Source: a virus. From it: 64,000 nt of DNA. A program made the translations under genes and the position numbers. The DNA lies in IMG/VR virus record IMGVR_UViG_3300045988_135019, one strand, 5' to 3'. This document shows, piece after piece, positions 27,428-36,420 of the stretch; positions within the stretch are counted from its first letter, which is position 1; each line of letters begins with the position of its first letter. The notes below the pieces were generated by a model. That model was not told the origin of the DNA, ran no database searches, and worked only from the letters and a program-made list of their open reading frames with translations.

Positions 27428-27835
27428 TTAAAAAATTTTATCTTTGTTATCTTCTATACTTATAAATAACATATTATCTTTTAAAGAATTTAATTGATTT
27501 CTATTATAATCTTCATCTGACATATCTACAAAACAGCTTTTACTTTCGCCATTTTCATAGATTAAATTAATATAAGATATGCTAGTATCATCTGGTTCGT
27601 ATTCTTCTATTTTATCCATTCCAATGCTTTTGATATTATGATAATCATCAATAACAAGTAATAGACTTTCTAATAAAGGTGTTAATTTTTGTGAATTATT
27701 TTCTCCAAATAAACTAAAATCTACAAAATCTTGCTTTATTGCCATATCAAATTCAACTATATTCTCTTTATTTATTCTATAACAAGTTCCATCTACAGTC
27801 ATAAATTCAAAATATTTTAATTCCATATTGCTCAC
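27428..27835 (-). CDS. hypothetical protein
   Basis: Track ORF; AGGTGAG RBS. Confidence 0.6.
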   Translation of the reverse strand: MSNMELKYFEFMTVDGTCYRINKENIVEFDMAIKQDFVDFSLFGENNSQKLTPLLESLLLVIDDYHNIKSIGMDKIEEYEPDDTSISYINLIYENGESKSCFVDMSDEDYNRNQLNSLKDNMLFISIEDNKDKIF

Positions 27836-28161
27836 CTACTTTTACCAGTTTTATTTTTAGGCTCAAAATTATATATTACACTTAATATTATTGGGGTAAA
27901 TATGCCTATTAAATATGGAGCTACAAAACCTGTATATATAGTTGATACAAATATAGCAGCAAATACACTTACCAATGTTATTAGCATTACTAAAACCATT
28001 TTTAATTTCATTCTATAATCTCTCCTTTCAATAATCTTTTCCTTTGTTTTTAGTTCTTCAAATGCTCTATCTAATTCTTTTAATGCTTGGTCTAATTCTT
28101 CTTTTTTTATTCCCTTCATTTCTTTTAAAGTTTTTTGTATATCTTTTGGATTATTAACCAT
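27832..28161 (-). CDS. hypothetical membrane protein
   Basis: C-terminal hydrophobic stretch LVMLITLVSVFAAIFVSTIYTGFVAPYLIGIF. Start moved to ATG 28161 because the track N-terminus overlaps a structured non-coding island. Confidence 0.5.
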   Translation of the reverse strand: MVNNPKDIQKTLKEMKGIKKEELDQALKELDRAFEELKTKEKIIERRDYRMKLKMVLVMLITLVSVFAAIFVSTIYTGFVAPYLIGIFTPIILSVIYNFEPKNKTGKSR

Positions 28162-28182
28162 ACTATTCCTACTTTCTATAAA

Positions 28183-28342
28183 TTGTAGGTTGGGATTTGC
28201 ACCCAACATGCACGTATCTTTGCTCGACTACATACTTCCTGCAGAAAGTTGATGTATTATTAAATCTAGCGTCTACTATTATTTTTCCCTTTAGCTCGGT
28301 ACTTAATTTTACCAATTAGCATTGTCTATTCCGCCACTACAA
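28183..28342 (-). other. GC-elevated non-coding island with tRNA-like end pairing and a T-arm-like hairpin (candidate ncRNA or recombination site)
   Basis: Minus strand: 5' TTGTAG pairs with 3' CTACAA. The 3' end carries GTTGGG-TGCAAAT-CCCAAC. An internal direct repeat reads AATAG..GAC..GCTA ... CGAGC(T/A)AAG. Confidence 0.25.
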
Positions 28343-28359
28343 TATTATTTAATTATATC

Positions 28360-28689
28360 TTAAAATGGTAAATCATCTGAGGTAATTTCAAATTCACTAC
28401 CTTTTGTTGTTGAACCAGAAGCTCCAGCTGTTGTAAATTCTGTAACTATAATTTTCCATGAAGTTGTTTCTTTTGTAGCACCCTTTGGTGTATATTTATC
28501 AAAAGATAAAAATCCTTTTGTAATATTGATTGTAGTTTTATTATCTACTTCAACACCTTTCTTGAATTGAACTGGAATATAAGTACTTTGATATGTTCCA
28601 TCTACCATTTTCTTTGACATACTTGTGCTATAAAATCCTTTGTCATTTTTAAAAATCATTGTTTCTCCTGTAATATTTGTATTTATCAT
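28360..28689 (-). CDS. ssb: single-stranded DNA-binding protein
   Basis: Small beta-rich protein ending in the SSB-type acidic tip SDDLPF. Confidence 0.65.
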   Translation of the reverse strand: MINTNITGETMIFKNDKGFYSTSMSKKMVDGTYQSTYIPVQFKKGVEVDNKTTINITKGFLSFDKYTPKGATKETTSWKIIVTEFTTAGASGSTTKGSEFEITSDDLPF

Positions 28690-28691
28690 AA

Positions 28692-29249
28692 TTATCTTCC
28701 TTTCTTGCTTTCAAAAAAGCTATCTAAATATTTTTCTTTAATTTCTTTTAAACTGATTGGAGTGTAATTAATTCTTTCTACACTCACACATAAATGATTA
28801 TTAGGGTTCATATCTGGAAATTCACTATTAAGTGGAGTATCGTGTATATGTCCATGAATATTAAAATCTTCATTGTTAATATATAATGGTTCGTGAGATA
28901 AGTATATTTTTCTTAGTTCATTATCTTTGTCGGCATAAATAAATTCAATTCTACCATCTAATACTTCATCAAAACCAATATTTTTCCAAGAGACTTCTCC
29001 CCTATCCCTATCATGATTTCCTCTTATAATAATCTTATACCCATTTAATCTTGAAGTTATATCTTTTAATTTTGGAGCTGAAGAAAATCCAAAATCTCCT
29101 AAGAAATAAACCGTATCTTCATTTGTAACAACTTTATTCCAATTTTCTATTAGTTTTTCATTCATATCATCAACAGATAAAAATGGTCTTTGACAATATG
29201 GAATAATAGCAGTATGATAAAAATGAGTGTCTGATATAAAATAAACCAT
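28692..29249 (-). CDS. calcineurin-like metallophosphoesterase
   Basis: ISDTHFYH, FLGDFG, IIRGNHD, LSHEP, IHGHIH. Confidence 0.8.
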   Translation of the reverse strand: MVYFISDTHFYHTAIIPYCQRPFLSVDDMNEKLIENWNKVVTNEDTVYFLGDFGFSSAPKLKDITSRLNGYKIIIRGNHDRDRGEVSWKNIGFDEVLDGRIEFIYADKDNELRKIYLSHEPLYINNEDFNIHGHIHDTPLNSEFPDMNPNNHLCVSVERINYTPISLKEIKEKYLDSFFESKKGR

Positions 29250-29254
29250 TATTC

Positions 29255-29578
29255 TTAATCTTCTCCTTTATCTTTTTTTAATTTGTCTATTTTTAGGTTA
29301 TCTTTTGCTATTATTACTAATCTTTCGTATAATTCAGGATTTACATATTTAAATAATTCTGTAATTTCCTTCAATATTTTCTCAGCATCGTTATAATTTC
29401 TTTCAACTATTGAATTGTCATAAGTATCAAGTTTAATTCTTTTACTTATTATATTAAGTATAGAAGAATATATTTCGTCTGGTTTATTAGTTGAATGAGA
29501 GAATATCCACTTTAATTCTAATAATTCCTCATATTCTTTTAAAGATATGGAAATCATTTGGTTTTCTTTATCTATCAT
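29255..29578 (-). CDS. hypothetical protein
   Basis: Track ORF, first gene after promoter 29610..29638. Confidence 0.6.
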   Translation of the reverse strand: MIDKENQMISISLKEYEELLELKWIFSHSTNKPDEIYSSILNIISKRIKLDTYDNSIVERNYNDAEKILKEITELFKYVNPELYERLVIIAKDNLKIDKLKKDKGED

Positions 29579-29609
29579 TTTCTCACCACCTTATCATTTT
29601 ATACATTAT

Positions 29610-29638
29610 ATTATAACATATTTCCAATTAAATGTCAA
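29610..29638 (-). promoter_or_regulatory. sigma-70-type promoter (TTGACA-17-TATAAT)
   Basis: Minus strand: TTGACA 29638..29633, TATAAT 29615..29610. Confidence 0.7.
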
Positions 29639-29646
29639 GTAATTTT

Positions 29647-30045
29647 CTAAATTTTTTTAAAAAAATATATTCCATTTTTAATTTCGCTCTTATACTTGTA
29701 TTGATTTTGATTTAAAAAATCTAATATTTCTCTTGCTTGTTGATTATTAAAAACATAGCCCGTAATATCATTTTTTATATTATCTATACATTTTTCTATA
29801 ATATCTTTTTCATAACTTTCTATACTTAAATCATAAGTATCAACATAAGGTTGAACTTCATTATCTTCTATTAATTCACTATATTTAAAACTTTCATTAT
29901 AAATTCCATTATTTATTACAATGAAATCATTTGTTATTTGTTTTACTTTTCCTTTAATAATTTTAGAAAATCTATTTCCATCTTCATCATACCAAAATAT
30001 TTTAATTTCAGTTTCTTTCCCAACTTCAAAATTTTCTTTATTCAT
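29647..30045 (-). CDS. hypothetical protein
   Basis: Track ORF; GGAGGA RBS. Confidence 0.6.
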   Translation of the reverse strand: MNKENFEVGKETEIKIFWYDEDGNRFSKIIKGKVKQITNDFIVINNGIYNESFKYSELIEDNEVQPYVDTYDLSIESYEKDIIEKCIDNIKNDITGYVFNNQQAREILDFLNQNQYKYKSEIKNGIYFFKKI

Positions 30046-30050
30046 AATAT

Positions 30051-30278
30051 TTATTCCTCCACTTCATAATTTGAATAACTATTTAAAAAATATTCTAAGA
30101 ATTTACTATCTTCAGATGCTTCTAAAACTCTTATTATAAAATTTAATTCTTCTAATTCTCCTTCATAGTAATCTCTACTATTAAAAAGAGTTAATCCTTG
30201 TTCTTCTAAAATACTTCTTACATTTTCTCTTTTTCTTTTAAAAGCTTTAATTATTTTTTCTAATTTTTCTTTTTCCAT
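30051..30278 (-). CDS. hypothetical protein
   Basis: Track ORF; AAAGGAGA RBS. Confidence 0.6.
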   Translation of the reverse strand: MEKEKLEKIIKAFKRKRENVRSILEEQGLTLFNSRDYYEGELEELNFIIRVLEASEDSKFLEYFLNSYSNYEVEE

Positions 30279-30289
30279 AAAGTTCTCCT

Positions 30290-30568
30290 TTAATCATATT
30301 CTATATCTGTCTCAATGTGCAAAATTCTATTGCACAACCATTCTTGTTCAAAACCATTTTTACAATCTTCCATTATCCATAATTCATTATTAATTATATC
30401 TTCAATGTCTTCTATATTAAGCGTAGCAGTAGCATTTATATTAAAGTTTACAGTTCTAAGTTCTTTGTTACAATTTATTAACTCAGCTTTTACTTTTAAA
30501 TTTTCAAATCTTTCTGGTCTACTATCAAAACCTTTTAATTTTATCAAATCTTTTTTATCTTTAAACAT
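30290..30568 (-). CDS. hypothetical protein
   Basis: Track ORF in the packed array. Confidence 0.55.
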   Translation of the reverse strand: MFKDKKDLIKLKGFDSRPERFENLKVKAELINCNKELRTVNFNINATATLNIEDIEDIINNELWIMEDCKNGFEQEWLCNRILHIETDIEYD

Positions 30569-30586
30569 ATCCGTTTTCCTTTCATA

Positions 30587-30997
30587 TTACTCCTCTTTGT
30601 ATAGGAAACTAAAATCCAATTCTTTTTTATGTTGTAAGTAATAATCCCCTGCTTTATCTGGACTATTAAATAATAAATATGGATTTGTATTTATTATTTT
30701 CCCATTTACATAAATAGCTGCAAGTATCATTATTATATTGTTTACACTTTGAAAATTATTATATTCAACTAGATATACCTTTTGTGGATTTTTATAATCT
30801 GTAGGAAGATAATAATATTTACCAATTTCTTTTGGAATTACTAATTGGGTATCTACTTCACACGGTTCTTTTGTTCCTATACTTACTTTCATTTTGTAAG
30901 TGTTTTTATTTTCTTTTTTTAATCTTCTGATTTCATCTTCTAATTGTTCTATATGTTTTAAATAAAATTCTTTGTCTGTAATATCTTTATTAACCAT
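30587..30997 (-). CDS. hypothetical protein
   Basis: Track ORF after promoter 31023..31051. Confidence 0.6.
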   Translation of the reverse strand: MVNKDITDKEFYLKHIEQLEDEIRRLKKENKNTYKMKVSIGTKEPCEVDTQLVIPKEIGKYYYLPTDYKNPQKVYLVEYNNFQSVNNIIMILAAIYVNGKIINTNPYLLFNSPDKAGDYYLQHKKELDFSFLYKEE

Positions 30998-31022
30998 TTT
31001 CTAATTTCCTTTCTTTTTTTAT

Positions 31023-31051
31023 ATTATAATATAAATCTTATCATTTGTCAA
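31023..31051 (-). promoter_or_regulatory. sigma-70-type promoter (TTGACA-17-TATAAT)
   Basis: Minus strand: TTGACA 31051..31046, TATAAT 31028..31023. Confidence 0.7.
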
Positions 31052-31616
31052 TACTTTTTAATAAAGTTTTTTTATAATATTCATAATCCCCATCATGTTT
31101 GGTAGTAATACAATATGAGCTCAAATGTATTTTATCTGTATTTAAAAACTTTCTCAAGTATTTGACTTTTTTCATAATATTATCTGGGACTGTTTTATAT
31201 GCTTCTGCAAAATACTTATTACAATCTTTGCCCCTACATTCAACTTTTATTATTTTATTAAACCACACTCTGTTTAGAACATATTCTACAAATTTTAATC
31301 CTTGATACATAGCTCTACTCTCTTTCTTTCTTGCACTAGTATCAAAAACTTTAACATTATATCCTAGAGCTAAATCTAATAAAAAATTATAATCTAAATC
31401 ACTAATTAATTTATCCCATAAATGTCTCTCACATGTGCAACTTTGTATTCTTACAAATTTAACTTGACTAATATTTAAATCTAATCTTTCTAAAAATTCA
31501 ATTCCATTAGTAAGATTTAAATATATCTTTTCATTATTTGGATAATCTGTATAATATTGACAACCTTTTTTGCTTCCTTCTTCTGAGCCCTTATTATAAC
31601 AAACAAACATACCCAT
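31041..31616 (-). CDS. hypothetical protein
   Basis: Track ORF; AAAGGAGAAAG RBS; no motif recognised. Confidence 0.6.
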   Translation of the reverse strand: MGMFVCYNKGSEEGSKKGCQYYTDYPNNEKIYLNLTNGIEFLERLDLNISQVKFVRIQSCTCERHLWDKLISDLDYNFLLDLALGYNVKVFDTSARKKESRAMYQGLKFVEYVLNRVWFNKIIKVECRGKDCNKYFAEAYKTVPDNIMKKVKYLRKFLNTDKIHLSSYCITTKHDGDYEYYKKTLLKSIDK

Positions 31617-31646
31617 AATCTTTCTCCTTTCTCTTAACTTAATAAT

Positions 31647-31675
31647 ATTATATCACAAATTTAAAATTTTGTCAA
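31647..31675 (-). promoter_or_regulatory. sigma-70-type promoter (TTGACA-17-TATAAT)
   Basis: Minus strand: TTGACA 31675..31670, TATAAT 31652..31647. Confidence 0.7.
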
Positions 31676-31681
31676 TACTTT

Positions 31682-32395
31682 TTATAAAAATCTTTCTATA
31701 TATTCTCTTTCTTGTGTAAATATTGGTATTTCTTTATCTATAATCCATTTCCCATTTTCTTTTATTACACATATCCCTCTTTTAAATGTAGCAGGAAAAT
31801 CATTAAAATTAATTTCTTTTTCCTGAAATAACATTTCTTGTATTTGATTACAAGTTTTTCCTTGTAATTGATTGTGTGAAAAATTTGATTGTCCTACTAA
31901 TTGAATAGCATTTCTAGTAGCATCTTGTTGTCTCCAAATAAAATAATTGCATACTTCTTCTTTGGGTAAATTGAAAGCTCTACTATCAAATAATGCTTTC
32001 ATAGTTTTTTCTTCCCAAATGGTATCTTCCCCACATAATGCTAACAATAAAAGATTTTTATTAAATTCTAATGTGGCAATACTAGCTGTGACCGATATTA
32101 TTTTAGATAAATTGTTTTGAAACCAAGCTTGTGTATCTATATTTTCCCAATCTGTAATCAATAAAGATATTTCATCTGACTGAGTATATCCCATTTTGCA
32201 GCCATCAACTTCTTTGCATAATTTTAAAGTTGTATCTTGCATTAGCCTCATTAGTTGCTTATCATAAGGTTTTTCAAGTCCTTTTGTAAAAGTATGGAAA
32301 GCTTTTCCGTCTATTCTAACTATAACTGGAGTTTTACAAGTTAGATAATTTCTTGTAACAAACTCATATCTTTTCATTCTTTCTCCTAAATTCAT
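31682..32395 (-). CDS. thg1: Thg1-like protein (tRNA-His guanylyltransferase family, 3'-5' nucleotidyl transferase)
   Basis: MKRYE...VIVRIDGKAFHTFTKGLEKPYD...GYTQSDEISLL matches the Thg1 family N-terminal catalytic core as I remember it. Confidence 0.8.
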   Translation of the reverse strand: MNLGERMKRYEFVTRNYLTCKTPVIVRIDGKAFHTFTKGLEKPYDKQLMRLMQDTTLKLCKEVDGCKMGYTQSDEISLLITDWENIDTQAWFQNNLSKIISVTASIATLEFNKNLLLLALCGEDTIWEEKTMKALFDSRAFNLPKEEVCNYFIWRQQDATRNAIQLVGQSNFSHNQLQGKTCNQIQEMLFQEKEINFNDFPATFKRGICVIKENGKWIIDKEIPIFTQEREYIERFL

Positions 32396-32397
32396 TT

Positions 32398-32610
32398 CTA
32401 TCTTTCCTTTCTAAATAAACAATTTTTACATAGATAATGAGTACATTCATCTTCATCTACTCTATTATCAAATGACCAATACTTTCCATATTTCTCCAAA
32501 TCTTCTTTGTTTTTTAATTCACAAGAATAGTAATCAAAACCATCAGCTTCTTCTACACAATCGCCATTGTATTCAACACAATATTCGCATTTTTCTATTC
32601 TCTTATCCAT
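32398..32610 (-). CDS. small Cys-rich hypothetical protein
   Basis: CEYCVEYNGDC...C...CTHYLCKNC. Confidence 0.55.
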   Translation of the reverse strand: MDKRIEKCEYCVEYNGDCVEEADGFDYYSCELKNKEDLEKYGKYWSFDNRVDEDECTHYLCKNCLFRKER

Positions 32611-32863
32611 TTTCTTTTTCCTTTCTGTTTCTTATATTTACTATTAAATAAATTATGTTTAATATTATATTCTTTATACATAGTAAAGGAAGACTAATAA
32701 CCCAACTTAATCCTAAAATCAATCCTTCGCATATATCATTTAAAAACATATCAAGTGTAAATCCTTCTAAATCATATTCTTCTATCAATCTAAAATCTGT
32801 ATATATATTTATTATTGTTGTACAAATACTAGATATTGTAGCAATTATAAAATATTCTTTCAT
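32603..32863 (-). CDS. hypothetical membrane protein
   Basis: Start at ATG 32863 with AAAGGAGAAA upstream; two hydrophobic segments. Confidence 0.5.
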   Translation of the reverse strand: MKEYFIIATISSICTTIINIYTDFRLIEEYDLEGFTLDMFLNDICEGLILGLSWVISLPLLCIKNIILNIIYLIVNIRNRKEKENG

Positions 32864-32879
32864 TTCTATTTTTCTCCTT

Positions 32880-33116
32880 TTATATATTTTCAAATTGAAC
32901 ACTATTAAATTCTATTGTTGGAAACTCTTCAAGAATAATATCAGTTCTCCAACCACCTATATATACGTTCTTTATTGTATAAGTTTCATTTATTTTTAAA
33001 TATTTTCTTGCTGTTTCTTTATCATAGGTCGTTCCATTTTCTGGAAATGAAAATCTTACTTTTGAGCCTATTTTAGTATTTATATCCATTGTATTATCTT
33101 CTGGAAAATCAAGCAT
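32880..33116 (-). CDS. hypothetical protein
   Basis: Start at ATG 33116 with GGAGGAGAAG upstream. Confidence 0.55.
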   Translation of the reverse strand: MLDFPEDNTMDINTKIGSKVRFSFPENGTTYDKETARKYLKINETYTIKNVYIGGWRTDIILEEFPTIEFNSVQFENI

Positions 33117-33552
33117 TCTCTTCTCCTCCTTTATAGATAGGCAAGTTTGCAATATTTTTTAATTGTCTTTCAGTATAACATCTCATTTTATATTTTCTAT
33201 TATCTAATTGTTTCTTTCTATCTTTTAAAATTTTATCTGTATCCATACTTTTGCTATTAAATTTTAATTGTAGGGCTATATTATTTAATAAGTTGACAGT
33301 ATCTTCCGCTGTTCTCCTTTTAAGTCTAACTTCTTTTAACTCTTTCATTAATCTATATGCTGCAACACTATTTAAATTATTAAATTCCAAATAATGTAAA
33401 ATATCTTGCTGTTTTTTATCTTGTTCGCTAAAATCTTCAGAGTATTTATTTAATATCTTTTTATATTCTCCTTCTATATTCTTTAAATTTGAAACTAGAA
33501 CTGAGACATCTTCTTCTAAATTCATATTCTCTACTAGTTTACTATCCATCAT
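33109..33552 (-). CDS. hypothetical protein
   Basis: Start at ATGATG 33552/33549 after GGAGGAGG. The track N-terminus covers an upstream hairpin. Confidence 0.55.
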   Translation of the reverse strand: MMDSKLVENMNLEEDVSVLVSNLKNIEGEYKKILNKYSEDFSEQDKKQQDILHYLEFNNLNSVAAYRLMKELKEVRLKRRTAEDTVNLLNNIALQLKFNSKSMDTDKILKDRKKQLDNRKYKMRCYTERQLKNIANLPIYKGGEENA

Positions 33553-33654
33553 ATAACCTCCTCCATTTTTCAATTTAATGGGGGTATTTTTCGACCCCAT
33601 TTTGTAATTCCAAAAACTACTTTTACTTTTGTTAAAATTACTTTTATTTTCATT

Positions 33655-34146
33655 TTATTGTTTTTCTTTATAATTCTGTTCTATCCAATTGTAATAATCT
33701 ACATTTATCTGGTCATTCTTCTTGATTATCATTTCAATTGTTTCATTGTTCATTTTATTTAAATATTCTTTTTGACAATATTCACATAATATTGTGTCCA
33801 CAAAACAATAAATTTGTTGTCTGAAACTTAAATTTTTATTATTTTCTTTCCTATATAAAGCTCCATTATAATTACCTTTTATAAATTTATGTTTAAAAAT
33901 TTTTTTATTATTATCCTTTATCCATATAACAATTGGAAAACATAATATTCTTAAATTAGACAAATAATTTTTAGATTTAATTGATTTGTCAGAAGCTTTT
34001 TCAAGCCCAGCTTTGTAAAAAACTTCTTTGATTTCTACATTAAAAACCTCTTTATAGTATGTTTTTATTCTCATTTCTTGAGTAATAAATTTCCTTTTGT
34101 CTAAATTATTCTCCATTTCTTCTAATTTATCTTTAATAAATTTCAT
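33655..34146 (-). CDS. hypothetical protein
   Basis: Track ORF after promoter 34178..34206. Confidence 0.6.
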   Translation of the reverse strand: MKFIKDKLEEMENNLDKRKFITQEMRIKTYYKEVFNVEIKEVFYKAGLEKASDKSIKSKNYLSNLRILCFPIVIWIKDNNKKIFKHKFIKGNYNGALYRKENNKNLSFRQQIYCFVDTILCEYCQKEYLNKMNNETIEMIIKKNDQINVDYYNWIEQNYKEKQ

Positions 34147-34177
34147 TTTTCTTTTCTCCTTTCTTTATTGTAACTAT

Positions 34178-34206
34178 ATTATAGCACCTTTTGTTTTTAT
34201 TGTCAA
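34178..34206 (-). promoter_or_regulatory. sigma-70-type promoter (TTGACA-17-TATAAT)
   Basis: Minus strand: TTGACA 34206..34201, TATAAT 34183..34178. Confidence 0.7.
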
Positions 34207-34227
34207 TACTTTTTCAAAATTTTTTTA

Positions 34228-34386
34228 TTATTTTTCATAATAATAATTGAAATTATAACCAAAACTTTTAATATTAACAAGTATTCCATTTTCTGTTTCT
34301 TCAATTCCATTTATTTCCAATGTGTAAATATTTATGAAAGCTGTTATTATAAAACCTAAAATTAAACCTAAGATAAACTTTTTCAT
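34228..34386 (-). CDS. small membrane/secreted hypothetical protein (52 aa)
   Basis: Below the track cut-off. MKKFILGLILGFIITAFINIYTLEINGIEE... Confidence 0.4.
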   Translation of the reverse strand: MKKFILGLILGFIITAFINIYTLEINGIEETENGILVNIKSFGYNFNYYYEK

Positions 34387-34401
34387 TTTTAAAATTCCTT
34401 T

Positions 34402-34680
34402 CTATCTTGTAAAAATATCTAATACTTTATTATATTTACTATCTCTTCTTATTTTGTATGTGATATGAATGTCATAATCTCCTGCTTTATTTGTTTCAGT
34501 AATTGTTGGGGTTGTTGTAACCCAATATCTCGAACCATTTAAAATTATTTCAATATCATTTTCATTATCTACTTTTATATTTCCATTTTCTACCAATTGA
34601 ATATGTATATCTGCACTGGTAAACCCTAAAGTTTTAAAACCTTTTAAAATTTCTTCTTTGCTAATATTTATATTTTTCAT
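34402..34680 (-). CDS. hypothetical protein
   Basis: Track ORF; ATGA overlap with the upstream gene. Confidence 0.6.
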   Translation of the reverse strand: MKNINISKEEILKGFKTLGFTSADIHIQLVENGNIKVDNENDIEIILNGSRYWVTTTPTITETNKAGDYDIHITYKIRRDSKYNKVLDIFTR

Positions 34681-35045
34681 TCTTCTTGTTCCTCCTGCAT
34701 TTTCTGGTCAATGTTGTCAAGTATATCTTCTTTTAACGTTTCTAAGTCCTCTTTTGAGATATTTTCTAAGTTTCCATAAACATTTATTCTAAATAAAATG
34801 TTATTTGAAATTTTGGTATCTCCTAAAAAATAATATAATCTCTCTAAACCATTTTCAAGTTCGTATTTTGCTCTTTCCTCTGCTGTTTCATAATCTACAA
34901 ATTCCTCAAATAAATAATCTAAATCAAAGTTTTGTGTTTCGTTCATATAATCAATACAAGCATTATATAACTCCCTATAACATTTGTCATAATTGTATGT
35001 AATTTCAATTTTTTCGATTTTATCTTTTAATTCTTTTAAATCCAT
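34677..35045 (-). CDS. hypothetical acidic protein
   Basis: Track ORF; AAAGGAGA RBS. Confidence 0.6.
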   Translation of the reverse strand: MDLKELKDKIEKIEITYNYDKCYRELYNACIDYMNETQNFDLDYLFEEFVDYETAEERAKYELENGLERLYYFLGDTKISNNILFRINVYGNLENISKEDLETLKEDILDNIDQKMQEEQEE

Positions 35046-35061
35046 TTTTTAAATCTCCTTT

Positions 35062-35268
35062 CTATAAATTAGATTTTTCTATTTTGTTTAGTTGTTTTTC
35101 TTTTAAAATTTTTAAGTTACTTATAAAATCTAAAAAGTTAAGATATGTTTCTTCTTCTTTGTCTGTAAAATCGTGATATAAGCCACCGTCATCTATATTT
35201 AATAATATATAGTCTATTTCTTCAATATATTCAAGTTGTCTTCTTAATTTTTTCAATTCGTTTCCCAT
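35062..35268 (-). CDS. hypothetical protein
   Basis: Track ORF. Confidence 0.55.
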   Translation of the reverse strand: MGNELKKLRRQLEYIEEIDYILLNIDDGGLYHDFTDKEEETYLNFLDFISNLKILKEKQLNKIEKSNL

Positions 35269-35289
35269 AATTTTACTTTCCTTTCAATT

Positions 35290-35631
35290 TTAAATAATAT
35301 TATTATAATTTTTTATTGTTTCATTACAATAGTTATAAAATTCTTTCAAACCTTTCTCATCATTGTAATTTTTTATATCGTCTATATATGAACAACCTAT
35401 ACTATCTATTAAATTATTAACATATGCTTTTATTTCTGTATTTGTTATAAAATCTTTTTCGTAGTATTCTTGCATATCGAATATATCAAACCATTCTACA
35501 AATTTGAATTTTCTATATCTCGTTTTATTTTCATTATATATTTTTCCATATATTAAATAATAATAATTATGACATTTTTCATTGTTTACCTCATAAAGTT
35601 TTTGCTTTTTAGTTATTTCAAAATTTACCAT
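35290..35631 (-). CDS. hypothetical protein
   Basis: Track ORF; GGAGG RBS. Confidence 0.6.
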   Translation of the reverse strand: MVNFEITKKQKLYEVNNEKCHNYYYLIYGKIYNENKTRYRKFKFVEWFDIFDMQEYYEKDFITNTEIKAYVNNLIDSIGCSYIDDIKNYNDEKGLKEFYNYCNETIKNYNNII

Positions 35632-35877
35632 TTATATTACCTCCATTTCTGTAATCTTAAAACTTGTTGTAAAATCTCCGCCCTCTTTTATAAGGTCAAA
35701 ACTTAAATCGTCATCTATAAGCTCATATTCTGTATCTCCTATTTGTTCTAATTCATATTGTTTAATTATTTCTAATTGTTGTTTTGCTTTTTCTAAACTA
35801 TCAAAAACATAGCTTATTCCAAATTGTGAATGTGTGTCTAAATACTCATCCATAAAACTAATTACAAATACTTTCAT
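35632..35877 (-). CDS. hypothetical protein
   Basis: Track ORF; GAGGAGG RBS. Confidence 0.6.
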   Translation of the reverse strand: MKVFVISFMDEYLDTHSQFGISYVFDSLEKAKQQLEIIKQYELEQIGDTEYELIDDDLSFDLIKEGGDFTTSFKITEMEVI

Positions 35878-35878
35878 A

Positions 35879-36034
35879 TTATTTTACCTCCTCAATAAAT
35901 TTTAATTCGTTTGTTATTATATCGTTTTTATTCATATTAAGTATTAAGCAATATATTTTATTATCTATTTCAAAATATGTTTTTATTTTTTTTGTTTCTC
36001 CTTCTATCCTATTTATAATTTCTTTAATCTCCAT
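35879..36034 (-). CDS. small hypothetical protein (51 aa)
   Basis: Below the track cut-off. ATG 36034 after GAGGAGGA. MEIKEIINRIEGETKKIKTYFEIDNKIYCL... Confidence 0.45.
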   Translation of the reverse strand: MEIKEIINRIEGETKKIKTYFEIDNKIYCLILNMNKNDIITNELKFIEEVK

Positions 36035-36036
36035 TT

Positions 36037-36420
36037 TTATTCCTCCTCATACTCTTTAATTATATTTTCTATTTTATAATTTTCTTCTGCTGCATACTCG
36101 CCCCACTCTAAATCATTATCAAATCTTAATTTTGAAATCTCGTTTGCCATTTCTAAAATCATTTTTTCATATTTGTTTTGTATAGTATGTTCTGTTTTAT
36201 ATACTATAAATTCTTTAAATTGATATATTATGTCATAATCTAATTTTAAATGATAATAATCTTCTTGCAAGATAATTTCTACTTTTTCGTTTTCTATAAA
36301 TGAAATCTCTTTTACTAATTCTTTAAAATGATTTATTATTCTTTTTTTATATAAATAATCTTCATTATCTATAATTCCTAAATATTCTTCAATTTCTTTT
36401 AAATTCATATCTTTTTGCAT
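36037..36420 (-). CDS. hypothetical protein
   Basis: Track ORF; GGGAGGAAAG RBS. Confidence 0.6.
   Translation of the reverse strand: MQKDMNLKEIEEYLGIIDNEDYLYKKRIINHFKELVKEISFIENEKVEIILQEDYYHLKLDYDIIYQFKEFIVYKTEHTIQNKYEKMILEMANEISKLRFDNDLEWGEYAAEENYKIENIIKEYEEE

Noticed and set aside
26460-28342. Calling this an integrated prophage with attP next to the tyrosine recombinase.
   Set aside because: A recombinase alone does not prove integration; it could resolve dimers. No direct repeats that would delimit att sites are visible in the window. The T-arm-like hairpin at 28189..28207 deviates from tRNA consensus at position 55. I kept it only as a low-confidence finding.
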